NCBI GenBank assembly: GCA_002633005.1
Contig: NMRA01000219.1
Location: 1 to 55,133, forward strand
Reading direction: 5' to 3'
DNA from: Phoronis australis
Taxonomy: Eukaryota > Animalia > Phoronida
Length of the DNA: 55,133 bases
Shown here piece after piece: positions 38,301-52,498 of this stretch. Position numbers and translations under genes: made by a program. Numbering within the stretch: the stretch's first letter is position 1; the number at the start of each line of letters is the position of its first letter. A model generated the notes under the pieces. That model did not search any database and was not told the origin of the DNA. It was given only the letters and a program-made list of their open reading frames with translations.

Positions 38301-41300
38301 AAAAATCCTCTTTTACAAAGGAGATGACATCACGCCACGTCACAGACGTTGCTGTAGCCGCAAACATTGCAAACATGTCTTTTTACGTGTGTATTGCTTT
38401 TATCTTCTCCAACCTGGCTCTTTCCGTGCGTCTAACGCTCTGTGACACAGCAGGGGTATCGGCTCCCAAAGAATGCCAAACAGTGCCGCGGAAATTCCAA
38501 GGATACTGGAATGTTTCTTACACCGACTTTCGATTTCTGGAGCTTGGCAACAAGAACGTGACTGTGAAAGGAGCCGAGATCTACGGGGACCCATTTGGTT
38601 AGAATTTTATTTATCTAAAGACGAGTTTTATTATTTAAGAAAATTTGACAACCTGTCAAACAATTGTTTTTTTAAATGCATAGCGCCAAATATTCTGAGA
38701 ACGTAGCCGTACATGTATGCCTACACATCCATAAAAATGTATTATAGAATTTTTAATCTATGATTGTATGCGTACTTGTGGTTGATATATCGGATACGTC
38801 ATTTTTAACAAGTTAAACTTTCATAATTTTTTTCTAAATCAGTCTCCATTTTCCAGTGAAACTCTTCAAGTCAATCGCACTCAACAAAATTTTCTGTCCC
38901 GACGAGTATACTGTGCAGATGCTAGCTGACTTGAAAGGTACAGGGTAAGTAGAGATAATATCCCCCTCTCTTTTTACAACCGTTGTATCGGTACTTTATT
39001 TTAATTTCCAAGTCCATTTATACAAATACAACGCGGAATAATCGGACGTGTTCTACATGTATTTGAATAGACAAGTCGTAACCTATAATACTTTTTAGCT
39101 CGAAATGTCGGGTGGGAACAGCTGTCAACTCACTCATATTAATCGTGTGCTCTCCACGCATGTTTGACCTACAGGCAACCAATGGTGACTTCACATTGTT
39201 CATCATTGAATCTTGTTTTGAGTGTTTATTACATCACGTGTTATTTTCTTTCCCCTTAGAAAACACGCTCAGTGTGTTACAATTAAGGAGCATAGGGGGA
39301 TAATGATTGGACGTGTCGTAACCAAAGGTAACAGTAACTGTTCTTTCTTAAACCTTGTAATGTGGTACTGTCAACCCAATTTTTGCAGAGCGATCCATGG
39401 AGACTAGACAATAAAGTGTATTTCTCTTAAAATGGCAAGAAAATGGCGGAAATAACAATTAGGCATTGCCATCAGTGCGTGAATATTGCTGTTTTTTGAC
39501 ATGGAATCTTTCTTTTTATGCACAAATCGGAAGGTCACGTGGTTAGCTGTTTTGAAATCTCAATTATAGGTTTTTTGTCTTTTGTCTGTCTAGCAGAGTA
39601 TTTGAATCTTAACTTTAACCCCTAACCTAAATCTCCATTTTTACTATGTTCTCTGGCCTAAAACCTTTAATTGTCACGCGATTACAAACCATCTTTCCGT
39701 AAAAGAAACTAACCTTCAATTTAGTTCCGTCATCGCTATGAAGTTGTTCTCACTTCCTACTTAGGTGAGAAGTGAAAGCTTGCGAAGATTTGACAGTTTG
39801 TTCTTGCTCGAGACCATGCTCGGCTCAGGGGCGGATCCAGGATTTTGAGTTAGGGGAGCCAGGACAGAGAGTATTATCCAGGATTTTGCCCGTCAGACAT
39901 TCGCAACCCCGAACTGCCAAATGGAATATGGAAGAATCTTAGGGTGGGGAGCAGCATGGCCCCCTTGCCCCCCCCCCCTCCTAAAATACGTTACTGCGAC
40001 TCACAAAATGATTTGCAGAGTCTAATCCCAAGCGGAAACTCACTGTCAGTTTTTCGAAGCCCAGGGTCCACGCCTAATTTGATTGACTCAGGAACAATTA
40101 GATGCCTTATATCAGTGAGTGCATGGTCGAATTGAGCTCCAGCTGGTTGGTCGTGACGACGGAAGCCTTAACTAAACCTTATTCAGTGCCGTGTTTAGAG
40201 GTTATTTGCGACGCTGAGAAGGTGGGTATGCCTCGTGGTAACGACGTTTGCCTCATTTTCAGGTCAAAGGGACTTGAGCCAAACTCCAGACTGCGTCGGA
40301 CAGACACCGGATGAGCGTTTGGAATTTGTTATGAATCGTAAGCACGACGATTTTGAATGAAATTGAATCAAATTCAAAATCTCCACGAAGAAAGTATCAT
40401 GACTCATTTCAACTGTTGTCACGTCGAAAAGTTTTCCATAATAACACTAGTTCATGGTTTACGTACATGTAAATGTGTGTCTCACAAACACTAGTTATTC
40501 ATTTTCAGGTCATCGTGGCAATAAGACGTTTGAAGATGTTCATATTCTTACTACCATACCAGACAGACGACGAGGTAACTTGTCAGGGTACATTAACAGA
40601 GAGCTTTTGCAGACGTCACACGTCATGTTACAGGATATCGAATGCCTTTTCTGGCACAAAGTTCAGTAACGTTAAGACTTCGCTAGAAAGCAAGACTTCG
40701 CGAGATTACGTGAGATATTTTGTGTATATACGTGACTTTGGCTAGATTTTAGCGGCATCCTAGGGTAGGCCTTAGGATTACTAAACTCTAGTACCCCGGT
40801 ATTCGTAAAAGATTTGCCAAGTTGCACACAACTTTAACTGACAAAAATATTTTAATCTGTGCTGCACTCAGGCTTAAAAGGGGATGGTATGAAGGACAGA
40901 TTTGGAAGAAATCGTGATAAAGTGCATTTAATTATTTTATTTCCAATTGTGGCTCTTATGAATACGATACATTAGTTGTTTGTTGCGTTACAAAAATTTT
41001 ATATTCGCTATTCACATTGGGGTGATGAGATACATGACTAGTGTTAGGGCCGATTTTCTTTCAAACAAGGAAAACCTTGGAACATGTTTGTCATCACTAC
41101 TTGCACGAGTTCGCCATCATCCTTGAAAACGAGGTGTTGTATCCAAAGTACAAATGGTTCTGCCTGTTTGGAACACAGGCGCTTTCACGTTGGCGTTGCT
41201 TGATGCTAAAACGCGCAATTGTGTCCTAAACAATAATGTACAACGATCATTATTGCAGCGCCACCAAAGTGTCCAAGTAGGGGGCACAGCGGTGTTCGGT

Positions 41301-44300
41301 CGGTCCGAAACTCGTCATCTGTCGTCAGCCATATAGGGACCTCACTTCTCAGTTTTCAATAAGATCCTGCAAGATATTAAGGAGATTCAGCCGCAGACGC
41401 TGGACGCCCAGACAGAGATGACGGCAATATGCATCCACATATAAATGTGTGAGCGAATAAAAATCAGAGCAGTGGTAATTCACTACTTGCGCAGTTAATT
41501 TTCACAGGGTTATCCACCACAACACTTCCCAACATGTCAAGAATAAACAAAACTAAAGATTATTGTCCACTGAAAATTTTAGGGTCGTTGCCGAGGTAGA
41601 CAGTTTACATGGTAGTCCTCGAAGGTTGCTAAAAGACTGGCCACCGAAGATGAAACCTCTCTCGCCGTCGTATTTAGGCTTGACGATTTCCTTGTTATCG
41701 GACGACCTGTAGCTGACTTGATTGCAGCCCCACCACTCGAATTAGCTTCCTAAAGTAACCTAATGAATGTTTCTTAAAGTCGCTGCTTATTTTGTTTTCA
41801 GCAAGTTGTTTCGCGATGTCGACCATCTCAAATATGTCGCCTATTTTGTAGGTTTGCCCTGTAGTTCTCCACCCGAAAAATTCCTTGGTGAATTTGTTCT
41901 AGACTTGCAGGAGACCGACATAGTGTCTTTCCATAAAACTAAATACATAGCCGAGGGTGATGGAACAAGAGCCGCTGGGTTTGGTATGTTAACTGATTCA
42001 AGAAACTTACTGACACAAGATGACTAATGACATCAATTGTCATTCAATGTTTGAAGGTATGCACGATTTCGATTAAAATAGTGGTGAAATGACCAACCGT
42101 TGAAAGGGTTGGACGTAAAGTGTTAAGGACAATAATTACTAGCTCTTTTCAAAACGGCTATGAAACGCCTTTGTCTGTCAATATTGCAGCTGAGAGAGTG
42201 AATTATGCTGACGTAAGATGCTTTCCGAAGTATAACGGCGTAAGAATACTGACAAAGGTCAACCAGAAGAAGTTTCAGTGTCTTACCCTGCAACAGAATA
42301 TGGATGATCAGACATATCAAGGAAACATGATTGTTGCAGCAAGTACGGAATGCATTTACAAGCTCCTTTGTGAACTAATTTACGAGTGGATTGTTACCTA
42401 ACGTTCGGTAATGAAAATTTTAAAAATATAACTAGGATGTGAAGCAACAGGACCGTGAAAAGCAGGAGGGCACCCAATAACTTGCAGGCGTCAGAGGCGA
42501 AACTTGGTGGAAGCCTTGATATGCACAGACATTCCAAAACAAATTTATTCAGATTTTTTAATTCAAGAAGGAATTGTCCCTTTGCAACTCCATAAATCTG
42601 GCACTGTGAACTACTCACACGGAGTAGTAAAAAAGTTTCTAAACTGGCGGAGAAAGTCGAAAAATATTTTCACGCAAAGCACAGCAACATCAAGGCATTT
42701 GCTCCAAACATCTAAAAATGTGAGACTACATGTATTTAAAATTTAAAAAATCCGTATATCGTTGACTGGAATCGAAAAATGGTAGTTTGGAGACCATTGT
42801 TTTGCGAATTACACAAAGACAATGACAATGACAAAACTATCAGCTCTACCTAACATGTAATTCCAAAAACTACGTTTGTTGAAGACCGTTATATTATAGG
42901 AAAACATGTAAGCGTGGTTGTCTGTGTCATTCGTTGTTCAGACAAGCCTGTTGGGAGTAAATATAGTCGCTAACATGTCCATCTAACGCATTATCTGAAG
43001 GTTTCAGAAATGAGGTGTTCAATTAAGTATTAGCAATCGTAAACAAATATTTCAGTCTGCGATTTTTGTAGTACAGGTTTAACGTTTAAACCGTAATGGG
43101 CTGCAACCGGAATATGCCAACCGGAATATGCCAACCGGAATTTGAAGTGGCCTTAAACCTATGCTTTCTCTCAAATTGATCCTTAGTCAATATAGGTCAG
43201 AGTTCAGGGCTTTAAAAGAATAGACAGTTCATTATTTCTTCAGAACATCAGCTCAAGACATAAAATTTTAAGTCACGGAGCACTGCCTGAACTTTTATGT
43301 GACTGGCCTGTATGAAGAAAGGCTGTACTGCAAATTCTTTCGAACATTAGAGATCCCTTTTAAACTGAAAAAAGAACAGGAGGATACCAAGTTCAACGAT
43401 AAGAGGCCTACATCGAAACCTTTTTTTTCTGAAACCACGGGTTTAATGCCGCTTTAAACACGTACTATAAACTGTAAACATTTTTGGGTGAAGGGTTCTC
43501 AACCCTCCCCGAGATACTCGGTCTCTTAAACTCTCCCCCTAGCCCATTTTAGATATAGATGACCTCATGCCTTCGGGAATTGCCTAGAGTCGTTCTGAAA
43601 TTCAAATTTGAAAAACAATTCTTGCTATAATAAATGACTTACAGAAAAATCGCGCTGTACGCGTCCTTTAGTTTTTGTAACGTGATTGTTGAGCATAATA
43701 GACGCGGTAATCACCCAAGTTCTGTTGATGGGTTTATTTATTTATTTATTTATTATTGTGATATTTAAAATGAGGGTGGCCTCTTCAGTGATAGCACTGC
43801 TTTCCAAGAGGGCCCTCAACAAGAAAAACAATAATATAATACAATGGAGTAATAAAACAACAACGAAATATACGTAACAAAGATACAATCATGAATTAAA
43901 ACAGGTTGATAATTAAGACAATAACTAAATGACAAATAATGGTAAAAAATTAACTAAGACAGATGAAATAAATTAAGAGATGATTGCTTTGAATGCGAAG
44001 GGTCAATATGTGATGGTTACATTTAGGTATAAACGAACACTGATTGAAACTAGTAATGCATAGGTGATCTTTGTCAATCGTAAGTAAATCTCGTAAAAAA
44101 GCTGATCCTTTAGAAAATCTCGATTTTAGATGAATTTGCGAAAAATCGACATCATTCCACTTGGTGATTTTACTCCTCTGTTCTAAAGCTTTGAGAAAAT
44201 GATGTTTCGGAGAATTTGAGGTCGATTGGTGACATCGCAACTCTGCAATGGCATAGTTTTCCTTTCAAAGAGTCAGGTCCAGATGCGCCTATGGCAATCT

Positions 44301-47300
44301 AGGGTCGGATGCGCAAAATTGGTGACTACCAGGGGAGGTGAAAGTGATAGCGATAAAAGGGATTTGGTAATTTGGAATGCACCACCACTGGGCGAAAACA
44401 TTGTCAACCTGTCAGCGGCATACCCTTGTAATTTGCCACATGCCGAAGTCGAATTTGTGTCTTATAGTAATTTTGCCTCAATACGGCCCTGATAAGCGTA
44501 CCTACTCTACGTCGCAAAAATCTCAATATCATCTTAAAAATGTTTTCGTTTTCAGACGTTTCTTCGCTGTACTCAATGTTCCTGGCTTGTCGGCTACGCT
44601 TCCGGTTGCCATCGTCTGCTCGCGCCAATATGTATCCCGTCACTATGAAAAGTGAGTGATTCTTCTGGACAGTTCCAATTGTTGTAAAGCTGCAATAACC
44701 CTATGTTCCTTCTAAGAAGCGAACTTTTGTTTTCGATAGGCCGTTTACTGCTGTGAAAATGGTCTCAACTTGTTCCTTGCTTAGATGAGGAGTGGTTTCT
44801 AGGTTTTCAAAGAGCCGATGCTTTGTTTTTCCTCCAGTCTGTGCTCTTCACATAAAATGACACGACAGTACAAGCCAAATTGTAGAGTCTGGTCTCGAGC
44901 AACGAGGAACAATCAGTACTTTCAAAGGCCTGAGATGGTCTGCACTTTAACTACGGGACAATTTGAGACCAAATTCATAAGCGTAAGTATTGTACAAGTT
45001 GATTTCAGTGATGGAATGCGGTTTTACAACTGCTTTAAATTAAATAAAATTGGCGGCTTTCTCAATTTCCGTTTAATGTCATGGAGCCAGGTTTGTACCT
45101 TCCTCAAGCTGAACGTTTTGCGTTTTCCTGTAGGGCGTCATCAAAGTGATTTCTCCGAAAGTCATGCGTCTCATCTGGTTGCAAAAAGGGAGGCAAGGTT
45201 TGGAGAAGGCATTGTTGTTGTTCCGAGTTTTGATGGTCCTTATCCAGACAGTGAGGACTATTTACCAACCCGTAAGCATTTGGATTTTGGGAGTTACCAA
45301 GTGTGAACTGGGTTTTAAAACACACATCTGCAAAATCTGTTACACAATCCAGCATAAAATCACAGATATTTTCTCAAGTTCACGCCACACTGTAGGCATA
45401 AGAAAGTACATGTATCAAAACTAATTTGTTGTTCGAGTTTTAGTTAGGCCCCGCGTTTTCACCAGTCAACATCCGCCCAGTTATACTGAATGCTTCCTCG
45501 GCTGGTCAAAAACAGCCAACTTTCAAAATACGGTAACGTAAAAATGAAGTGATTTATTAACATATGAGCTCCTAATATAAAATTTTCGATGAATTTGAAT
45601 ATAATTTCTTTGTACGAAAACATGTGTTGTAACTTTTCCTCGTATGTTGCACCAAATTAAACGGCCTATTGTCGCCGATTCCAATGCGGGACACACACTC
45701 GACAGCGGCGCGTATCGGAATCGCGCAGCGTTCACACCTTCGGCTTCAAGAAGACATGAATGCAAGGTTCCTAACATCAAAATTTTTGTATCAAGAAAAC
45801 TACACTTTATAATGAACATTGTGAAATTGCCTGATAACAATTCGGACGAAGCGTTTTGTTTTTTCGACTATTTAGGCGACCCTTGTCATCCTCCCGGGGA
45901 CTCCCGTACGAGCCCGTATTAGAGTGTGTGCTGAATAATTGAATAAAAACTTAAGTTCTAAAGGTAATGATTTTCATCAATTTGAATATTAATTGACATG
46001 AAATAAACAATTAATGTGTTTCCGAAATGTCGTCCAAGTGCTGGATGGCTTATTAATCTTGGGTCATTTTACGCGCACACAGTATCTTAAAAGACACGCA
46101 TAAGAAACTTTACTGATGATTGATTTTTCTCATAAGAATTCTTCGAAGAAGGAACCGACAACGTGCTGCAGTGTTTTGAAGGGTTGTCCAATCTGAACGT
46201 TCTTGATATGGAGACCACGTGGTTCAACAAGAACAAAGAGCCCTTAGACGAATCATCTATTAGTCTGACCCGAGAGGGAGATCTGTACTTTAGTAATGTC
46301 CAACTGTCCGTTTCCGGCTCGTACCACTGCATGATGATGGCCATGGATCTAGAGGGTGTGCCGATCAACAAAGTGTTCACTCATACGGTGGAAGGTGAGG
46401 GTCACCACTATCGAATCTGAGATGGCTCTCAACAGAGATGCTGTCGTGTCTGAGGGAAAATACTAATCAGCAATATTGTATTGAATTGACCACCCGCTTT
46501 TATATGCTTGTGAGGTCAGTAAGATTAGGCACATGTGCCTATACATAAAAGACTTGAGTGGACAATTTTCTTTGAAAAACTTATTTTTTCAGAAATAGGC
46601 GCATAGACCTAAATGCGTGCATATACGATAGTCAGTTTGTCTTTAAAATCAAAATTGTCTCATCACTCCATCGTCAGAATGTTGGTGAAGTTACTGATGC
46701 GCGGCACCACCCCCCACACAGTAAAATCACTAGATCCCCTGTGTTTGCGCGTGCGTGCGTGCGTGCGTGCGTGCGTACGTGCGTTTGTCAGAAAACTAGT
46801 CTTTCATACACGTTTGTTAATAGTTATGTGTTTTGTTCACAATGCAGCACGAAAAAATATGTAGGCCAGTTGCAGATATTCGGGAAAGTTGTGTTGCCGA
46901 ACCTGAACCGTCAACCTGTAGATCTTCTAAGAGGCCATTCTTCTGCTAATTTTTCGTTCACAAGAGGATTGCTTATTTCAGTGTATTCTAAACCAGAGGT
47001 CGGCCTTGATATCAATTTTGCGTATGACACGGACACGTGTCATTCTGCGGCAACAGTAGAAAAGCAGCAGGCGATCCGGAAAGACGTCGGCGATATAATA
47101 TCGGACGAGAAATGTAGAGTAAGAAAATTCGAAACGCAATGTATGGAGAGGGTACGTATCTTTGGAAGTTTTTTGTTCTACAGAAATCTTTTTCGGAATA
47201 AAAACAGGTGTCAGGTGGTTACCATGAAATCTTTAAAAAGTCTTCAGAAGTGCATATATTGGAAGGGATTGATTTTTGGTGGTATGGAGGTTGAACGGAC

Positions 47301-50300
47301 CGAGAGGTTTACCTGTCGTTACTATGAGGCAAGAAACATTGGCGGTGAATATTGCGAGGGGCGCAAGCTATAGATAGATTAAGCTAGTTTAAAGTGTACG
47401 CAACATGACTCTAGTACCTCAAAATAAATTTTATTATTATATCTTACTTGATTTCAGTGCCTTTAGTGCACAGCTTATAAAGAAACACGTAAAATTTGAA
47501 AAAAATAATAATTATGTACAACGTCATGGGTTGAACCCAAGTCGTTCGGCACACTGTTCGGATCAGCAACTAAGTGTATAGAGTGAAGTGAAAGTAAAGT
47601 ATATTTAGCGTCGAGAAGGTTCGTAGAGGGATGAAAAGATGTGTTTTCGGAGGCTGCAGCAACAGCAGTCAGACGGAGAACGTCTCGGTGTTCCGAAGGA
47701 CGCCAAAGTTGCGCAGTAGTGGCATCGCTTCGTGCGCCGAACGAGAGTGTGGGACCTCAGCGTGGACCAAGTGATTCTGTCCGGAGCCACTCTGTGTCCT
47801 GCCCACTTTGAGGAGTCGTGTTTCGACTCCAATCAGAGGAGATGTTACGATGAAGGCCTGCTTCAATAAAGGACAATATTTACTATTCAGAAACATCGGC
47901 TCTTTATTCAGGATCGTCTGTTGTATGACTGGGTTGACTGGCCGAGCCCGAGGCCGCTTCTCTCGCGGGAGGATCCAGTTCGTAAGGCCTCGAAGTAGAA
48001 AAGTACGCAGCTGAAAACATATCAAACTCGTTCTCGCTTTCGTGCAACCCCATTTCGTCATCCTGGCCACCATTCTCGTACATTTCTTCATAGTATTTGT
48101 TCATTTCTTGCTCATAATCGTTGTCGCTTTCAAATTCCCTACTCTCCGCCGTTGTTCAATGCTAGTCGCTGATCTCTTGTGTTCAACCCATGATGTCACA
48201 TGGCGGGAAATATGAAAATTGGCAAAATTGAAAGATAAATCAAAATTTCGAGCTAATGACACAAAATAATCATGGATTTGGCTGAATTTTACGTCATACA
48301 TTTAGTCTGTGGCCACCGGTAATTCGAAATGTGCAAAAATCCATGGTGTGTACTGTTTAATCTGACCCCACGATATTAATCTTTCCCACTAACTTCCGGT
48401 AGCGACATCGGAGTTCTAAGAATTAAGTGCCAGACGGCGTAGTTGATTTGCAGTCTCGAATGAATACCCGTGATGCATATGTCGCCGTCTCTAGTGATTA
48501 CTTCTATCCCGCTGGTGAAGAGCCTTTCCCATTTCAAAGGAGTTGTGCATCTCCGCAGATTAATCCTGGTAATTTGATAGCAGTTGCCACGGCTGTTTAG
48601 GTCCGTGAGTTATGCTTTCCCGTTGACAGAAGCTCTGCAAAACAGAAGTTGCGACGTTAGTGGGAAAGCAACAAGATGACGAATGAAATTGGACATAATC
48701 AGTCAATGAATACAATGTTTCAAAATGGGCATTATGGGTCAAAATGGATATAATGGGTCATAACAAACGTCACTATTTTACAGGTAGGATCCACTAAGAA
48801 CGCAGAGATCCGAGTGCATCTGACTCTGCTGCCTAGTACGCAATACAAACTGCCCTCATGCAAACATTTGTGCGAGAACAAACTCGTTCCGAGATATCTA
48901 ACTCAAGTAAGTACGTACGTGGAAAACGTTTTTGCTACATGGTTCAGAGATATGGGTTGTGACATAACAACAACTAATACAACTGTTGCTGCCACTGTCG
49001 CTTCCGCCGCAACCGCCGCCGCTGAGGCTGCAAAGGCACGACAAGTGAAAAAGACAATTTTAAATAATGAAAGACTTTCACGGAGCAATGACGACTGGTC
49101 AAGAACTCCTAATTTTGAGCGGAAGACGCATACGTTGACATGCTTAACTTCTTAGCGGTCTGGTCATCCCCTTTTTGAAGAGTGACTGAGGTTGTAATAC
49201 CATTCGGTGTCCTCTCGCCCACGCCGCGCAGGGTTTATCCTTGTACAAATAAACACTCTATAACAACAGTTCACCAATTAAGTTTATTTTTTTCTTCCAT
49301 TGGTTTTGGTGGAGTTTAGTAAATGGAATGGGTTGTAATCGAATGCGTCATAATTTAGACTGACACTGTTTTCAGTTTTATTTTGTTTGATTGTTCTTTT
49401 TGTATTATTGATTGACATGACCCTTGAGGTGATTTGTTTACTACAGTACAGTGTGGAACTTTCTAGAAGACTCTAGCATGACAGTGATTAATGCAGTCTG
49501 GAATATTCTAGAGACTAGCATATGTTTGTAGAATGATTGGGTAGATTCCGGAAAGTTCTGGCATGCATGTGCTTGAATTGGTGAAAAGTTCTAGACACAA
49601 GCTACGGATAGTCCGTAAAGCAGTTAACAGTTAAACAGTTGGAGTTACTGTTGAGTTGCTTTGAAAATAATCAGCCGTTACAGCGAGAGTATGCAGAGAG
49701 CCTGCTACAGAGACAGCAGGTTATCGAATCAAGGAGTGTAACAGTTGCTGGAAGTGTCTCAGAAGTTCATCACAAGTCAAGGCTTCGCGGCACTGGCTGG
49801 AGCGTAGAACAGACATTACGGCCGACGTTTTGTTTGAGAAGGCTTGTGAACGTACGGCGAGAATAATAAAGTATTGAACTCGAACGAGTCTTCAGTCTAT
49901 CGTCGCACCTAAAGCTATTAGCACCGGTCTGTTAGCACCTGCGTCCACCGGTGAGCCCACGCACGGGAAAAACGTGACAGACTGCTTCCTCAGGAAGTCA
50001 AGGAATTGCGATAAAGCCAACCATAGTTTCGCGATCCGTTATCCCGGCCTATCAGGCATCCGTATGTGTGACATTGAAAACTTGGACACCTATGGAAAAC
50101 TGTAAAAATTACCATCAGTTCATCCGTTGCGTGTTAGTATACATGACGAATCGCTTCGTGAGCCGTTTTTCCAGAAGCAGACGCGTGAAATGCTGATTCA
50201 CACTCGTTTGATAGTCGCAACTCTTGAGTGGCGTCCATGTGGCTCGCCCGTCAAAAGACCATGACGCAATTAAAGAAGGGATCGAGCACTTCAAAAATTT

Positions 50301-52467
50301 ATCTAATGGGTGCCCTACTATTTAAGACACCAATTCATCCCAACACATGAGTGTGACATGTGTCAGAAACTTCCGGAAGTCTACTGCCAAACAAGGAATC
50401 CAAAATACGCTATTTTGGGTAACTAAATGAGTTCATTGGGTGCAATCCATCACACTTTTAAGATGTTGGCCTACTAGACATCATTTTCTTCTGCTTATGA
50501 CCGTGTGGTCTTGCTAAGCCATCATCACGAATTCGTTGTTCATATATCGTGTGCAATTTCGTCGATATTGACATCCGTTTAGAAAAAGGAATTTCATGCA
50601 CCCAGTCGGCCTATGATTGGATGGTCAGTCAACTGATGCTCGTGCTTGAATAAAGACACCGGTTTTTGAGTAACTTGTTTTAGCATGATAACGAGCATTC
50701 TCGCAAAGCTCGAAGGCCAGGTTTGCCTCATTGAATGACTTCTTGTCGACATTTATAGCCAAGTTTTCTCCTGAGGCCGAAAGAGTTGCTTTGAGTTACG
50801 AAATTTCTGTAGAGATCATGGTGTTTTGCCTAAGTCAGTTACACAAGGTAAACATCTGGGGTGTCAGGTTTCTCCAGAAAGTTTACAAGCAAGACGCATT
50901 ATACTGACTCCGCCTTGCCTTAAGACTAAGGCAAAAATATCTTTGTCGCGTCTGTGAAAGCGCGAATTTAAAATTTAACAGTGAACAATTATAGCCAAAT
51001 GGGACATCTGAGATTTACCTGCCTCCCGCTGAGGAATGGGGCTCAAAACCTGAAGTGCTGACGCCAGTCGAGGCTGATCTTACCCGACCGCAATGAGCAA
51101 AACTCGGGTCACTCGTCGCAGTAGAAAACTTAATTGGCACTGTGTTCTTGGAAGTCTCCAATATGTTGATGTTCACAAATACACGCAGTCCTTTCCTTAG
51201 TCTATATAGTTCTCACGTAACGCCTATCTCTCGCAGACGTACAAAAGAATTAAGCAACACTTATTGGAAGAGGAAAGGTTCATGGGTTCTGTGACTTACC
51301 AGATGTCTTCGTTGCACAAGAATGTTCACGTGATATGCTCTCCCGGGTGGTACCCGGATAATCTGCGTTGCTGTGAGTCCTTCGTTGTTGAATCTCAACC
51401 AAAACAAAAAGGTTGTGTTTGGTTAAAGATGCTATGTCTCATTAAAACCCTGAATATTTAAATGTGTAGCAAGCGCCACCTAGTGACTTTCTGATACACT
51501 GTGTACTAATATACCAAATATATTGCGCTTTTAAACCAAACACCACAACTGATCCACTTAAAAAACATGGGGAAACATAGCAATTCCAAATATTACGCAA
51601 TCGCGTATTTGATAATGAAATAAAGAAATAATAAAAACAGTGTGCTTTGTTTCATTAGGGTAACGACAATGCTGTGGGAGTTTCCCAGGGATTCCCATGT
51701 CATCCTAAGAAATGTGGACGAGAAGTGTGTGCAAATATCTAGACTTTGCACTACCAGAGACGCAAAATGGCATTATGTTGAATATTGTCCAAGGTGACGG
51801 CAAAATGAAACTACATGCCTTCTTTGTTCTCTTAGCCGGCATCGGGTCTTCGTCCGCCATGATGAAATATTACCATGCTCATTTACGTAAAAATAGTCTC
51901 GCAAACGAGACTTTCGCGGTTTTGTAATGATAACTGGTTTTTGGATGGTTTCCGGCACACTGGAGGACCTGGGATTGTTTATAAATCAGTATTTCATTTC
52001 CGTACTTACAATTTAATGAGATTATGCATTTTTAAGAAAATTTTCGTTTCTTTCCTCGTAAGTTGGAAACTGCAGACTTTTAATCTTGGAAACTGGGAGT
52101 ACGCCGTCTCACTTTATGGCATATATAGCCAGTAATAACCTCCTCAGTTGTGAGGACTCATCTTCTTCATTTGTATCTTTCATCCCCATTTAGGAAAACG
52201 AGCTTGTCCCCTAAAAAACTATATTTCGTCAATGAGGATGTGCACTATGTTACATCTATAATGTAAAATATTGAAACTAAAATGACGAGCGTCGGTGCTA
52301 AAATATATTAAAATATCCTCACGTATCGAGCGATGCGTTCTTTCTCAAGGGAAATACGTGTGGATAGATCTATAATAAAATGGCACAGGGGACCGCATAA
52401 TGACACACAATATGAACACAACAGGACATAGCAACTACAGCACCAGTGGGGTAGGCCTACGTATGAC

Positions 52468-52498
<31 letters not shown>

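Noticed and set aside
44838-44982. Constitutive coding exon of the large gene
   Set aside because: Good splice sites, but no phase combination links it in frame to both neighbours. Kept only as a possible alternative or poison exon.
48814-49155. 113-aa ORF with Ala/Thr-rich tail
   Set aside because: Only 48784-48906 is exonic; the tail is intronic low-complexity sequence after a strong GTAAGT donor.
50100-50900. Possible decayed coding sequence in the intron
   Set aside because: The frames I translated gave no recognisable motif.
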